This document shows, piece after piece, positions 19,593 through 30,025 of a stretch of DNA of 64,000 bases. The notes beneath the pieces are model-generated. The model had not been told where the DNA came from. It was given only the letters and a program-made list of their open reading frames with translations, and made no database searches. The translations under genes were made by a program, and so were the position numbers. Within the stretch, counting starts at the first letter, position 1. Every line of letters starts with the position of its first letter. Location of the stretch: contig JAKUTR010000007.1 of the NCBI GenBank assembly GCA_022448725.1, forward strand, positions 5,945-69,944. The letters are read 5' to 3'. The stretch comes from SAR202 cluster bacterium (GTDB taxonomy: Bacteria; Chloroflexota; Dehalococcoidia; Lucifugimonadales; VXLM01).

Positions 19593-21586
19593 TGACCGAC
19601 TTCATACCGAACTTTTGGCAACAGATTGAAGAACCACAGGCGTGGCTCATATTCCTATTTCCGCTTGGGGCGTTCCTCGTAAACAGTCTCATCATCAGGC
19701 CGTTCTTCAATCAGTATTCGAAGTTATCAGGTTGGATAACCGTTGTATCCCTTACAGCATCGTTCGTTCTTTCGGTCTACGCAGTTGGTAGCGTGGCAGC
19801 AAACGATGGCAGGTCAATCGGTTGGGCAAGTCATGAATGGGTTGAAGTCGCGAATTTTAAAATGACCGTCGGTATCATGATGAACTCTCTGACCGCGTTG
19901 ATGCTTCTCGTGGTAACGGGGGTGAGCCTGTTAGTTCAGATCTACTCCATGGGATACATGAAGGGGGATTCTGGATACTCTCGATACTTCGCTTACATGT
20001 CCCTGTTCACTGCTTCGATGGTTGGTCTTGTAATGTCTTCAAATATCGTCCAATTGTTCGTTTTCTGGGAACTGGTAGGGCTATGTTCCTTTCTGCTGAT
20101 TGGTTTCTGGTTCCATAAGCCCTCTGCTGCTGCGGCGGCAAAGAAAGCATTCCTTGTTACACGTGTGGGGGACTTTGGGTTTTTACTTGGGATTCTGTAC
20201 CTCTTTTCACAGGGCGATTCATTCACGGCCAATAATCTCAACCCGCTTGAGATTCGGGATATCGAGAAGGCTATCGGTTTAGGTACCGTTATCTCATCCA
20301 GCGTGGCTGGCTGGATCGCGCTCGGATTTTTCCTAGGTGCGATGGGGAAATCAGGGCAATTCCCCCTCCACACCTGGCTTCCCGACGCAATGGAAGGACC
20401 GACACCAGTTAGTTCGTTAATCCACGCAGCTACCATGGTAGCTGCTGGAGTTTTCCTGGTGGCACGCTTCTTCCCTCTTTTCGAGGCCTCTCCGGTGGCT
20501 CTGGACACGGTAGCAATCATTGGGGGAGTTACAGTGGTCTTTGCCGCTAGCATGGGCCTTGTTATGAATGACATAAAGCGTGTGCTCGCCTATTCCACGG
20601 TCAGCCAGCTCGGATATATGATGCTTGCTATTGGCGTAGGTGCGCCAGGTGTGGCCATTTTCCATCTATTTACGCATGCATTTTTCAAGTGTCTATTGTT
20701 CCAGGGGGCGGGTAGTGTAAGTCATGCAGTAGGTGGAACATTCGACATGAGGTACATGGGTGGACTCAGAAGAGTCATGCCTTGGACATATGCAACATTC
20801 CTAATAGGTAGCCTAAGCTTGGCAGGGATATTCCCGCTTGCCGGTTTTTGGAGCAAGGACGAGATTCTTGCGTCAGCGCAAGGTCAAGCCGGCTTTATTC
20901 CGCAGGCTGTGTTCGGACTTGCCCTAATTGCAGTTACCATGACGGCGTTTTACATGTTCCGTGTGCTATTCATGACATTTGAAGGGGACTACAAGGGGGG
21001 AGCTGATGCAGACCCTGATGTAGAGTCTCATGCTCCTTCTAATACCCCTCACGAGTCAGCTTGGTCCATGCTCGGGCCTATGGTAATTTTGGCGTTGTTG
21101 GCTATCTTCGCTGGGTTCGTGGCAAATCCAATCGTCAACTTAGGAGCTATTCCAGAGCACTGGTTGGTACACGACTTCCTGCACGAGAGTGCTGCTAAGT
21201 TTAATCTTGGTATCGCTGCCATCTCTACGTTTGCAGCGATACTGGGAATTTTACTCGCCTACCTTATGTATGTGAGCAAGACTATCTCAGCCCAAACGGT
21301 TGTGTCTTCCGTCCGGCCGATACATACCGTGCTGTCACGGAAATACTATTTCGATGAATTATACGAAGACTTACTGACTACTAGAGTCTTCTATCGTGGT
21401 CTGGCTGGAGCTCTTGACTGGTTTGATCGATGTGTCGTTGATGGTCTAGTACGAGTAATCGACAACTTTGGACGGAACATCGGACGGTTGATCGGGCAGG
21501 CTCAAACGGGCCAAGTACAGAGTTACGGTGCCGTTTTATCCGGTGGAGTTTTAGTGATTCTCGGCGTTTTGTTGTTCCTTAAGTAA
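19592..21586 (+). CDS. nuoL: NADH-quinone oxidoreductase subunit L
   Basis: FWELVGLCSFLLIGFW, GKSGQFPLHTWLPDAMEGPTPVSSLIHAATMV, HLFTHAFFK, QTGQVQSY. Confidence 0.97.
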   Translation: MTDFIPNFWQQIEEPQAWLIFLFPLGAFLVNSLIIRPFFNQYSKLSGWITVVSLTASFVLSVYAVGSVAANDGRSIGWASHEWVEVANFKMTVGIMMNSLTALMLLVVTGVSLLVQIYSMGYMKGDSGYSRYFAYMSLFTASMVGLVMSSNIVQLFVFWELVGLCSFLLIGFWFHKPSAAAAAKKAFLVTRVGDFGFLLGILYLFSQGDSFTANNLNPLEIRDIEKAIGLGTVISSSVAGWIALGFFLGAMGKSGQFPLHTWLPDAMEGPTPVSSLIHAATMVAAGVFLVARFFPLFEASPVALDTVAIIGGVTVVFAASMGLVMNDIKRVLAYSTVSQLGYMMLAIGVGAPGVAIFHLFTHAFFKCLLFQGAGSVSHAVGGTFDMRYMGGLRRVMPWTYATFLIGSLSLAGIFPLAGFWSKDEILASAQGQAGFIPQAVFGLALIAVTMTAFYMFRVLFMTFEGDYKGGADADPDVESHAPSNTPHESAWSMLGPMVILALLAIFAGFVANPIVNLGAIPEHWLVHDFLHESAAKFNLGIAAISTFAAILGILLAYLMYVSKTISAQTVVSSVRPIHTVLSRKYYFDELYEDLLTTRVFYRGLAGALDWFDRCVVDGLVRVIDNFGRNIGRLIGQAQTGQVQSYGAVLSGGVLVILGVLLFLK

Positions 21587-21603
21587 CGCTCGAAGGGAGG
21601 ACT

Positions 21604-23133
21604 GTGGAGTTCGAAGGTAATGGCTTACTAACGTTGGTAGTGTTCCTGCCGTTGGCAGGGGCATTGGGAATCGCGCTGTTTATAAAGCGTGACAAGCAAG
21701 TACGTTACATCGCGGGGGCTGTAGCGTTAGCTGAGTTGATTCTTAGCGTGATGGTCTTTACCACGTATGATCTCAGCAAAGGTGGGCTGCAACTCGTTGA
21801 CCGTACATCTCAATGGATTCCTATAGAGTCATTCAAAGTAGAGTACTACCTTGGTGTTGATGGTCTCAGTACTCCTCTTGTCTTGTTGACAGGATTACTC
21901 GGATTTGCTGCTGTATACGCGTCTTGGAGTATCAAGACCCGAGTTCGTGAGTACTTCGTATGGCTTCTCGTTCTTCAGACAGCTGTTATGGGAGTGTTTA
22001 CATCTCTTGACTTCATTCTCTTTTTCCTGATGTGGGAACTAGAGATGATACCGATGTTCTTCCTAATATCGATTTGGGGGAGTGGAAGACGCGAATATTC
22101 TGCAATGAAGTTTTTGATATTTACCTTCCTGGGCAGCGCTTTCATGCTTGTTGGGATACTGGCTCTCTTCTATTCCACGGGCACCTTCGATATGATCCTC
22201 CTCCCCGATGCGATCGCGCAGACGGAATTAATTGCTCCCGCAGGGATCATCTTTGGCCTGATATTCACAGCCTTTGCTGTGAAACTCCCTGTTTGGCCCG
22301 TACACACCTGGTTACCAGATGCCCACACTGATGCACCCACAGCTGTAAGCATCATGCTTGCTGGGGTACTTTTAAAGATGGGTGGGTACGGAATGATCCG
22401 TGTCTCGGCAGGTATGTTTCCAGAAGTCATTGTTGATGCAGCTATCGTTCTGGCTGCTCTCGGTGTGGTTAATGTTATCTACGGAGCGATAATTACCATT
22501 CGCCAAACCGATCTAAAGCGTCTTGTCGCCTACAGCAGCATCAGCCACATGGGCTATGTGCTCATTGGAATCTCTTCTGTGGCGGGTGTCGGTGGGCTTG
22601 TATCGCCAACTGGACTGACTGGCGCAGCAATGCAGATGTTTACGCACGGTACCATTACAGGGTTGATGTTTTTGGTGGTCGGTCTGACCTATGAAAAAGT
22701 TCATACAAGAAGCATACCCGAGCTTGGAGGGCTCTCGGCTCGGATGCCAGTGATAGCAGTAGCGTTTCTAATCGCAGGGCTTGCATCTCTTGGTTTACCT
22801 GGTACAAGTGGGTTTGTTTCAGAGATTCTGATCTTCTTGGGTGCTTTCCCGGTCTATGGTTGGTTTACTGGGGTCGCGGTTTTCGGAGTGGTGCTTACGG
22901 CCGGGTACATTCTTTGGATGGCGCAGCGGACGATGTTTGGTCCCACGATTGACAGGTTTAGCAATGTGCGAGATGCCTCTCGTATGGAGATGGTACCTCT
23001 TGCGGTATTGATTGGTTCCATAATTCTGGTTGGTATCTACCCATCGTTTGTCAGTGATATGTTCAGGGACGGTGTTGCGGGGATCGTGGCGGATATCCAG
23101 CGCTCAGGCGCATTAGCAATGGTGCTGCCATGA
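21604..23133 (+). CDS. nuoM: NADH-quinone oxidoreductase subunit M
   Basis: LGVDGLS, WELEMIPMFFLI, KLPVWPVHTWLPDAH, KRLVAYSSISHMG, LPGTSGFVSE. Confidence 0.97.
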   Translation: MEFEGNGLLTLVVFLPLAGALGIALFIKRDKQVRYIAGAVALAELILSVMVFTTYDLSKGGLQLVDRTSQWIPIESFKVEYYLGVDGLSTPLVLLTGLLGFAAVYASWSIKTRVREYFVWLLVLQTAVMGVFTSLDFILFFLMWELEMIPMFFLISIWGSGRREYSAMKFLIFTFLGSAFMLVGILALFYSTGTFDMILLPDAIAQTELIAPAGIIFGLIFTAFAVKLPVWPVHTWLPDAHTDAPTAVSIMLAGVLLKMGGYGMIRVSAGMFPEVIVDAAIVLAALGVVNVIYGAIITIRQTDLKRLVAYSSISHMGYVLIGISSVAGVGGLVSPTGLTGAAMQMFTHGTITGLMFLVVGLTYEKVHTRSIPELGGLSARMPVIAVAFLIAGLASLGLPGTSGFVSEILIFLGAFPVYGWFTGVAVFGVVLTAGYILWMAQRTMFGPTIDRFSNVRDASRMEMVPLAVLIGSIILVGIYPSFVSDMFRDGVAGIVADIQRSGALAMVLP

Positions 23134-24635
23134 CGATGCACGACATCTATCTACTTTCTCCCGAACTGAGCTTAGCTGGACTCGCTACCCTTGTCTTGCT
23201 AGTTGACTTAATTGTCAAAAGAAAGAGTTACCTGTTTGTTCTCACAATCGTTGGTTTAGCTGTCCCGCTTGGCTTCACTTTAGCCTTGCTGGGTAGTCTT
23301 GATGGTGCATCTATGATGGAGAACGAAGGCGTACTAAGAGATACGTTGGTCGTAGATAAATTCGGGTTATTTTTTAAGCTCTTACTTATTAGTGCTGTCG
23401 CGATTGTAAGTTTACTATCCATAGATTACGTAAAACGGTTTGAGCAATTCCAGTCCGAGTTCTTAGTTCTCCTCATGTACTCCGCTACTGGGATGATGCT
23501 CATGGCTTCAACCAAGGAGTTGATTACCATTTACATTGCCCTTGAGTTATCTGCTCTTCCCGTGGCAGCGTTAGCTGCTTTCATGCGGGACGGGCGCTCA
23601 GCGGAAAGTGGGCTGAAGTTCCTCATCCTTAGTGGAATCAGCTCAGCGCTTCTCCTTTATGGGATGGTCTTGGTTTTTGGTCTTACTGGGTCAACCCAAC
23701 TTGATGACATAGCGGAACGTATAGCAACCCTTGCTATATACACTGACCAGCCGTTTGGCAGTTACGCCCTTCTAATGGGTGTCGTGCTGATGGTAGCGGG
23801 ATTTGGTTTTAAGATTACCGCCTTCCCTTTCCAAATGTGGGCACCTGATGTTTACGAAGGAGCGCCAACACCTGTAACAGCATTCCTGTCCGTTGCTAGT
23901 AAGGCAGCGGGGTTTGCTGTGATTCTCCGAGTGTTTTATAGCGCGTTCGGGATTGAGGAACTAAGTATTGAATGGAGTGCTATTTTTGCAGTTCTTGCTG
24001 CTCTTTCGATGACAATTGGCAACTTGGTTGCAATTGCCCAGCGGAGTATGAAGCGGCTACTTGCGTACAGTACCATTGCTCACGCCGGGTACATAATGGT
24101 TGGATTAGCTGCTGTTTCTACACGAGCTGGTAGCGGAGACTCAAGTCTCGGGATCTCAGCGGTGCTGTTCTATCTTAGTGGTTATGCAGCGATGAATCTC
24201 GCGGTGTTTTCAGCTGTTATAGCTATCTCAAATCGTATTAACAGTGACGCGATTAGTGATTTTGCAGGAATGGCCCGGCGGGCCCCCTACCTGTCTGCGG
24301 TTTTAGCTTTCGGCATTGTCTCCCTAACTGGGATTCCGCCCACGGTTGGTTTTATCGCGAAAGTCTACGTATTCGGAGCGGCTGTAGACGCTGGATTAGA
24401 ATGGCTCGTCATAATAGGTGTTCTGAATAGTGTAATCGCTGCGTACTACTACTTGCGCGTAATCAAGTTGATGTATCTTTCCGAGCCACCCTCAACAGAT
24501 TCCATAGAGTCTGGGATCCCTTTGCGCTTGGCGATGCTAGTTACTAGCGCAGGCGTACTATTATTCGGGTTATACCCGACGGGCCTCCTGAATTTTGTTA
24601 AATCGGCAGCCCAGGCGCTTTTATCTACGTCCTAA
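23130..24635 (+). CDS. nuoN: NADH-quinone oxidoreductase subunit N
   Basis: FKI...PFQMWAPDVYEGAPTPV, KRLLAYSTIAHAGY, GIPPTVGFIAK, YYYLR. Confidence 0.97.
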   Translation: MTMHDIYLLSPELSLAGLATLVLLVDLIVKRKSYLFVLTIVGLAVPLGFTLALLGSLDGASMMENEGVLRDTLVVDKFGLFFKLLLISAVAIVSLLSIDYVKRFEQFQSEFLVLLMYSATGMMLMASTKELITIYIALELSALPVAALAAFMRDGRSAESGLKFLILSGISSALLLYGMVLVFGLTGSTQLDDIAERIATLAIYTDQPFGSYALLMGVVLMVAGFGFKITAFPFQMWAPDVYEGAPTPVTAFLSVASKAAGFAVILRVFYSAFGIEELSIEWSAIFAVLAALSMTIGNLVAIAQRSMKRLLAYSTIAHAGYIMVGLAAVSTRAGSGDSSLGISAVLFYLSGYAAMNLAVFSAVIAISNRINSDAISDFAGMARRAPYLSAVLAFGIVSLTGIPPTVGFIAKVYVFGAAVDAGLEWLVIIGVLNSVIAAYYYLRVIKLMYLSEPPSTDSIESGIPLRLAMLVTSAGVLLFGLYPTGLLNFVKSAAQALLSTS

Positions 24636-24683
24636 TATTGGGATCGACGTGAGCCCAAGCCGAATCTCGGCTACACTAGAAGG

Positions 24684-25550
24684 ATGGGCAATAATTCTCT
24701 AATAGGATTCATCCATAACCCGTTGGTGCCGAAAGCTGCGAGTTTGGTCAAATCGCTTATTCAGGAACTGGGTATCGCGGATCGCAGTTGGGTTAGCCAG
24801 CCGATGAAAATGCAAGTCGATGATGAGACGCTTGATTCGACTTCATTGATAGTCACTGCAGGAGGCGATGGAACCATTATCCGTGTAGTCGATAAAGTTG
24901 CCCCTCACGGAGTACCGATTTTAGGTATTAACATGGGCCGCGTTGGGTTTATGTCGGAGCTTAGCATAGAGCGTGCGGCTGAACGGCTACCCTGGTATAT
25001 AGACGGCAATGCACGAGTGGAAGAGCGGTTGATGTTAGAGGCGAATGCCAAGCTGGGCACTAGCAGTGATACGCATGTTGTTGCCCACGGGTTGAACGAG
25101 ATCATAGTTCGCGGTGCGCTGCCTCATCTTCTTGATATCGATGTAACTATTGACGGCGCTCGGTTGGGCACTTACAGGGCAGATGGGGTTATCGTGTCTA
25201 CACCAACGGGAAGTACTGGATATGCGCTTTCGGCTGGTGGCCCTGTGCTGCAACCGGAAGCAAAGGTTATGTTAATTCAGCCTTTGGCGGCTCACATTAG
25301 TATGCAGACAGCTGTTGTCGTTCCTGATGATTCAACTATTGAACTGGAGGTAGTAAACGACGATGAAGCTGTAATCAGTGTTGATAACCTCACCAATGCA
25401 ACCTTACGCCGAGGTGATAAAGTCATGCTTAAGAGAAGTCCCTACGTTGGCAGGTTTCTTAGGTCTAACCCACCATCAACTTTTTATTCGGATTTGACAT
25501 CACGATTAGGCATTCAGCAACGGACAACCCATCATGGTCACGATGATTAA
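24684..25550 (+). CDS. nadK: NAD kinase
   Basis: GGDGT, GINMGRVGF, LNE, ADGVIVSTPTGSTGYALSAGGP. Confidence 0.95.
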   Translation: MGNNSLIGFIHNPLVPKAASLVKSLIQELGIADRSWVSQPMKMQVDDETLDSTSLIVTAGGDGTIIRVVDKVAPHGVPILGINMGRVGFMSELSIERAAERLPWYIDGNARVEERLMLEANAKLGTSSDTHVVAHGLNEIIVRGALPHLLDIDVTIDGARLGTYRADGVIVSTPTGSTGYALSAGGPVLQPEAKVMLIQPLAAHISMQTAVVVPDDSTIELEVVNDDEAVISVDNLTNATLRRGDKVMLKRSPYVGRFLRSNPPSTFYSDLTSRLGIQQRTTHHGHDD

Positions 25551-26075
25551 ATGAACGTCGAGAGGCAGATCAGTACTCAGAGGGTCTTTAGTGGAAATAT
25601 CGTTGGCCTAAGGTTAGACACAATCGAGTTACCCAACGGTAGGCAGGCTACTCGTGAGGTAGTGGAACACCATGGTGCTGTTGTTGTTCTACCAATAGAT
25701 ATGGACGGGAATGTGCTCCTCGTAAGGCAGTATAGATACCCTGTAAAAGAGATGGTTCTCGAAGCTCCTGCTGGAGGTATTGAACCAGGTGAGTTACCGG
25801 AGCATGCGGCTGTTCGGGAGTTGGGTGAGGAAGTTGGAGTATACCCAAAGACGATTGAGCAAGTTGGCCATTTCTGGTCAGCCCCTGGTTACTGTACAGA
25901 GGTCCTGTACGCTTTCGTAGCTCGGGATTTGGTGCCGAGTCCGCTGGAGCCTGATGAAGATGAGGACATTGAGATCGAGAAACACCCAGTTAGCAACCTC
26001 CGGGCAATGATCCGATCGGGTGACATTCAAGATGCGAAAACAATCTCCGTAATCCAGATGGCTGAGATTGCTTGA
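25551..26075 (+). CDS. NUDIX hydrolase, ADP-ribose pyrophosphatase-like
   Basis: Nudix box GGIEPGELPEHAAVRELGEEVG; REVVEH; DAKT. Confidence 0.88.
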   Translation: MNVERQISTQRVFSGNIVGLRLDTIELPNGRQATREVVEHHGAVVVLPIDMDGNVLLVRQYRYPVKEMVLEAPAGGIEPGELPEHAAVRELGEEVGVYPKTIEQVGHFWSAPGYCTEVLYAFVARDLVPSPLEPDEDEDIEIEKHPVSNLRAMIRSGDIQDAKTISVIQMAEIA

Positions 26076-26283
26076 ATCTTCCCAAGTCCATACCAGGTAA
26101 TCGCAGCGTCCATGTTTACTGACAAAGGATAGTAGTGGGCATGAGATACGTTGCCCAGTACAAGGATCTCGTTGCTTTAGTTTTTCAGATTTCAGCTATT
26201 GGTTATGGCTTATGTACTTTTTGGAAATCTATTTTTGGCGGGTAGATATACTTAGGTTTACCTGTACAGGCACTTGGCGGTCC

Positions 26284-27843
26284 TCAAATAGAATCAAAGA
26301 AGGTTAAATTAGCTCCATGGTTTTCCATTGCGTCTACAGTGTCACCCCGGAATCGGACTTGGATGTCACGTGTTAGGTGACCCATCGTAAGTTCCTCCAA
26401 TGGCATCTCAAAGGCAAGCGTAATCGGCTGGTTTACAGGAGGCGTTGCGAAGAACAGGTAACCGTTGCTCCTTATAGGGTATTCTTCGGTTCCTTTGATA
26501 ACCAAGCTGTCAAGGTTGACCCAAGGGGGAATACGAACGAAAAGGGGACCCGGCTGTTTTAGTACGATGGTGAGCGCGGGGTTCGTGTAGGGGGATTTCA
26601 CCACTAGGTTCTCAGTCTCGTGGTCGAATAGGAGATTCACCCAGTGGCCAGCAGTATCGGTTCGCACGCCCTCTCGCAGCACTTCACATAAAGAGCCTAC
26701 AGTTCCACCCACGACGTCGGTGTTGAAACGCATCCACTTTTGTTCGAGTGGTTCGTGGCCGAATGGAGCGGGAAAGCCCCAGGACCCTTGCACTCGCCTG
26801 GCTACGTTGTGGAGAGTATCAAGTTCCTCAGGATTGTTAGGTGTTTCAATCCAGGAGATGTCGCGTAGCTGTGATGGCAGAAGATGACAACGGAGCATTC
26901 TTTCAGCGTCATGAAAGTACTCGGTGTACCCCCAGCGGCCTAGGATCAGAGCCGTTTCGATTATATCGCCAGTGTTGTTCATCTCACCTTCGTCTGGCTT
27001 GTTGCTGTCGAGTGCTGACGACTCTCTAGACCACCCAACCTCGTCACGCATATCCCATAGCCCGTTGTCATAAAATGCCTTTACTCGATCCATTAGCGAT
27101 GAGTCCGAGGTTAGATCGGCAAGTTGGGCGAGAGAAGACATAGTGCAAGTAATCGAGTGTGCGTGGGTGCCGAAGCGATCTTGGTCATTCCCGCCGTGCT
27201 GGGTGTAGTAATCGCCTATAGCTTCTTCTTTTAATATGAGTGCCAGTGCTAGAGCAGGACCATATCCCGTTACGCGGTAGTACTTAACCAGCGGGCCTAT
27301 AGTTCGAGCGACGCCGGAGATATATGAACTTTCCTTTGTGCTCACAACACCGGTTTTGTCTATGGCCTTATAGTCCCAGTCCCGTTGAGGAACCCAGTAT
27401 TTAAAGATGGTGTCAATACTCGCCTCGGCGATCTCTTGGGCTCGGGAGGAGCCACGGTATTTCACCAGAGCCGTGAGTGCGTGGAAGCCCTCCCGGATAT
27501 GATGTGGCACGAAGATAGTGGGTGTGTCATATTCGCCGTCGTTCCCACGTTCGAGTGGTAGAGCAAGCGGCCCACTGTACGAGAGATAGGTTGCTGTCTC
27601 GTGTTTAGAGACGCTTTCTTCATCGATCTTGATACCAGCGACATCTTCCGCATTGAGTAGAGCATTCAGATGCCGGCCTGGGACGTGGCTTTCAAGTGGC
27701 ATGCCAAGATATGCATCCGGTTTTACCGCCACGCGAAAATAGGGAGTGCCATCAGTTGGGTCGAACATACTACACATCGCGTTCGAGGCGAGTTCTATCG
27801 CGTCCAATATATTAGTAGTATTGACGTCAGACAGACGTGTCAC
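26284..27843 (-). CDS. GH127-like (alpha/alpha)6-barrel protein
   Basis: 'YF.DAER.L..HLLPSQ', 'WVNLL', 'LFVRIPPW' resemble beta-L-arabinofuranosidase-family architecture; the catalytic Cys motifs are not evident. Confidence 0.55.
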   Translation of the reverse strand: MTRLSDVNTTNILDAIELASNAMCSMFDPTDGTPYFRVAVKPDAYLGMPLESHVPGRHLNALLNAEDVAGIKIDEESVSKHETATYLSYSGPLALPLERGNDGEYDTPTIFVPHHIREGFHALTALVKYRGSSRAQEIAEASIDTIFKYWVPQRDWDYKAIDKTGVVSTKESSYISGVARTIGPLVKYYRVTGYGPALALALILKEEAIGDYYTQHGGNDQDRFGTHAHSITCTMSSLAQLADLTSDSSLMDRVKAFYDNGLWDMRDEVGWSRESSALDSNKPDEGEMNNTGDIIETALILGRWGYTEYFHDAERMLRCHLLPSQLRDISWIETPNNPEELDTLHNVARRVQGSWGFPAPFGHEPLEQKWMRFNTDVVGGTVGSLCEVLREGVRTDTAGHWVNLLFDHETENLVVKSPYTNPALTIVLKQPGPLFVRIPPWVNLDSLVIKGTEEYPIRSNGYLFFATPPVNQPITLAFEMPLEELTMGHLTRDIQVRFRGDTVDAMENHGANLTFFDSI

Positions 27844-27852
27844 ACGCGCCCC

Positions 27853-28767
27853 CTATTCCGATTTACTTTCCGTTGTCCCTGCTGCTTCGACGTATTCTAG
27901 TTTCACTTTTGCAGCTACAGTGCCGATGAAATGGTAGCCCACCGATACTTCACCAACCATCGTTAGTAAGCTGAGGCCATCCCAGCGTGGTACGCCAAAA
28001 TCTGCCTCCATCCAGAGAATCAAGTCAGAATACGCTTGCCGCAGCGATCGTTCCATGGGTAATCCGGTGGCGACACACATGATCTCGCTGGCGGAACGTA
28101 TACGAGGTCGTTCAATGGTTTTACCTTTCATTACATCTATGGTCATCACCACAGTCGCGGGCATCTCCATAGCGGTACCGCAGAGTTCGCCGTCACCCTG
28201 GATGGCGTGGGCATCACCTAGATGTAGTAGCGCTCCCTCGATGTAGACAGGGAGGTACACTGTGTTGCCTTCGGTCACTTCCTTTATGTCCATGTTCCCG
28301 CCGTAGTCTCCAGCAGGACTTGTTGTGGGAGAACCAAGTGCTTGAGCGCAGCCAATTGTGCCAATCATAGGGCGGTATGGGAGTGACACTTTCGGGCTCC
28401 ACCACACCTTACCGTCCCGTACGGGGGCGATGCGTGTATTGACAGGGATATCAAGGCCCAGAAATTCTCCCATGCCACGACGGCCCCAAGTCATGTCGTT
28501 GGCTGCTTGGCCAATGCTCGCCTCGATCTTTTCAATGTGCACGGCCAGAGTGTCTCCTGGCTCAGCACCGTCAACCCGTATGGGCCCTGACTGAGGGTTG
28601 CCCTGTGGTTTTCGCACCAAGTCACGTTTGTCGCCGTCAGTGCGGACTAGTCCATTGAAGGTGTCCTCAGTATCGACCCGAATGCGATCACCTGAGGATA
28701 TAGTAGTAGCAGGCGGGTTGAATCTACTTATCTCGTAGTATAAGTCGCCTAAAGGAAGTTTTTTCAT
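27853..28767 (-). CDS. Acetamidase/formamidase family protein
   Basis: GNPQSGPIRVDGAEPGDTLAVHI, PMIGTIG, GGNMD, LGDAHAIQGDGE. Confidence 0.92.
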   Translation of the reverse strand: MKKLPLGDLYYEISRFNPPATTISSGDRIRVDTEDTFNGLVRTDGDKRDLVRKPQGNPQSGPIRVDGAEPGDTLAVHIEKIEASIGQAANDMTWGRRGMGEFLGLDIPVNTRIAPVRDGKVWWSPKVSLPYRPMIGTIGCAQALGSPTTSPAGDYGGNMDIKEVTEGNTVYLPVYIEGALLHLGDAHAIQGDGELCGTAMEMPATVVMTIDVMKGKTIERPRIRSASEIMCVATGLPMERSLRQAYSDLILWMEADFGVPRWDGLSLLTMVGEVSVGYHFIGTVAAKVKLEYVEAAGTTESKSE

Positions 28768-28891
28768 TTTAGCCTCGAGAGGTGTATCAACGTATCTAGA
28801 TCAGCAACTATCTCTAAACCTTGCCGAACCTATGCAAGTTTAATGAACAATATTGCAAATATTTCAAGATGTCTCTCTTTCCAGACCGGAT

Positions 28892-30004
28892 TCACAATTG
28901 ATCTGGTTTAACCGTTGCGGATCGTAGCGTCTGCCGAGCTAACCGATCAGGGTCTGGCTCCGGGAGCATACACTCTAGCGGCTCGAACATAAGCCTGTCG
29001 TTTAGTTCCAGGGGAGGGTCGCTTAGGTCTTGGGTATAGAACCTTGACGAAGGAAAGAGATCACCGGGATAGGTGAAGTTTGGCAGAGTCGCTACCTCCA
29101 CGCAGATAGCACCCCCCAGGGCGCTTTCTAGCATTCCTCCTACCCAAACTGGTACGCCAGCATCGCGGCACATGTCGTGCACTCGGACCACATTCGTCAG
29201 CCCACCGATTCTTCCAGGCTTTATGTTGATGTACTTGCAGGCACCAACCTTGAGCGCAGTCTCAGCTGCTTTAACGCTCACGATCGTTTCGTCAAGGCAG
29301 ATAGGAGTTTGAATCTGCTTTGCTAATTCAGCATGGTCAAGTACGTCAGCGTAGTGCAGGGGTTGCTCGATGAAAGCAAGACCCATGTCATCAATAGCCT
29401 TGAAGAAGCTCAAATCATCGAGGGTATATCCAGAGTTGCAATCGATATGGAAAGTCATTTTGGGGAATGTGGAGGTCACTGCTTGCAGCATATCAAGGTC
29501 CCAGCCAGGAGCAGTCTTCAGCTTCACTCGGGGGAATCCTGTATCAACAGCCTTCTGGATGTTTCCAAGGAGCATGTCGATCGAATCCTGAATCCCAAAA
29601 TCAGCACCGGCAGCGACCTCACGCGTCTCACCGCCTAGCAATTGATGTAATGGTGTCCCAGTGATGCTGCTTTGAAGGGTCCACCAGCATATTTCTACTG
29701 CAGCCTTTGCGAAACTGTTTCCCTTGAAAACGTTTAGTTGGTCATTCAAATCTTGGGCGGTTTCGTATTCGCGCCCGACAATATGTGGGCCGAATACTTC
29801 TGTAACATGGTAGAAAACGGTGCCCGCACTCTCGGGAAGGTAGGTAGGTGCGAAGAATGGCGTCGACTCTGACCAAGCGGTGTATTCCCCGCTCGTGGCC
29901 CTTACTAAAACACTATGTATATCGTAGTCTTCTCCGTATGCAGTACGCCACGGGTAGATTAGAGGCATCTTCACGTAGTAAACGTCGAGTTTTTCGATTC
30001 TCAC
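28892..30004 (-). CDS. o-succinylbenzoate synthase / N-acylamino acid racemase (NSAR subfamily, enolase superfamily)
   Basis: KLK, IDCN, IEQP, CLDE, NIKPGR, GGMLES, PGD motifs; GTG start. Confidence 0.88.
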   Translation of the reverse strand: MRIEKLDVYYVKMPLIYPWRTAYGEDYDIHSVLVRATSGEYTAWSESTPFFAPTYLPESAGTVFYHVTEVFGPHIVGREYETAQDLNDQLNVFKGNSFAKAAVEICWWTLQSSITGTPLHQLLGGETREVAAGADFGIQDSIDMLLGNIQKAVDTGFPRVKLKTAPGWDLDMLQAVTSTFPKMTFHIDCNSGYTLDDLSFFKAIDDMGLAFIEQPLHYADVLDHAELAKQIQTPICLDETIVSVKAAETALKVGACKYINIKPGRIGGLTNVVRVHDMCRDAGVPVWVGGMLESALGGAICVEVATLPNFTYPGDLFPSSRFYTQDLSDPPLELNDRLMFEPLECMLPEPDPDRLARQTLRSATVKPDQL

Positions 30005-30025
30005 AACATCCCCCGATCCAAGTTC

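Noticed and set aside
28892-30004. Symbol menC / menaquinone pathway
   Set aside because: No men genes nearby and the subfamily is often a racemase, so no symbol assigned.
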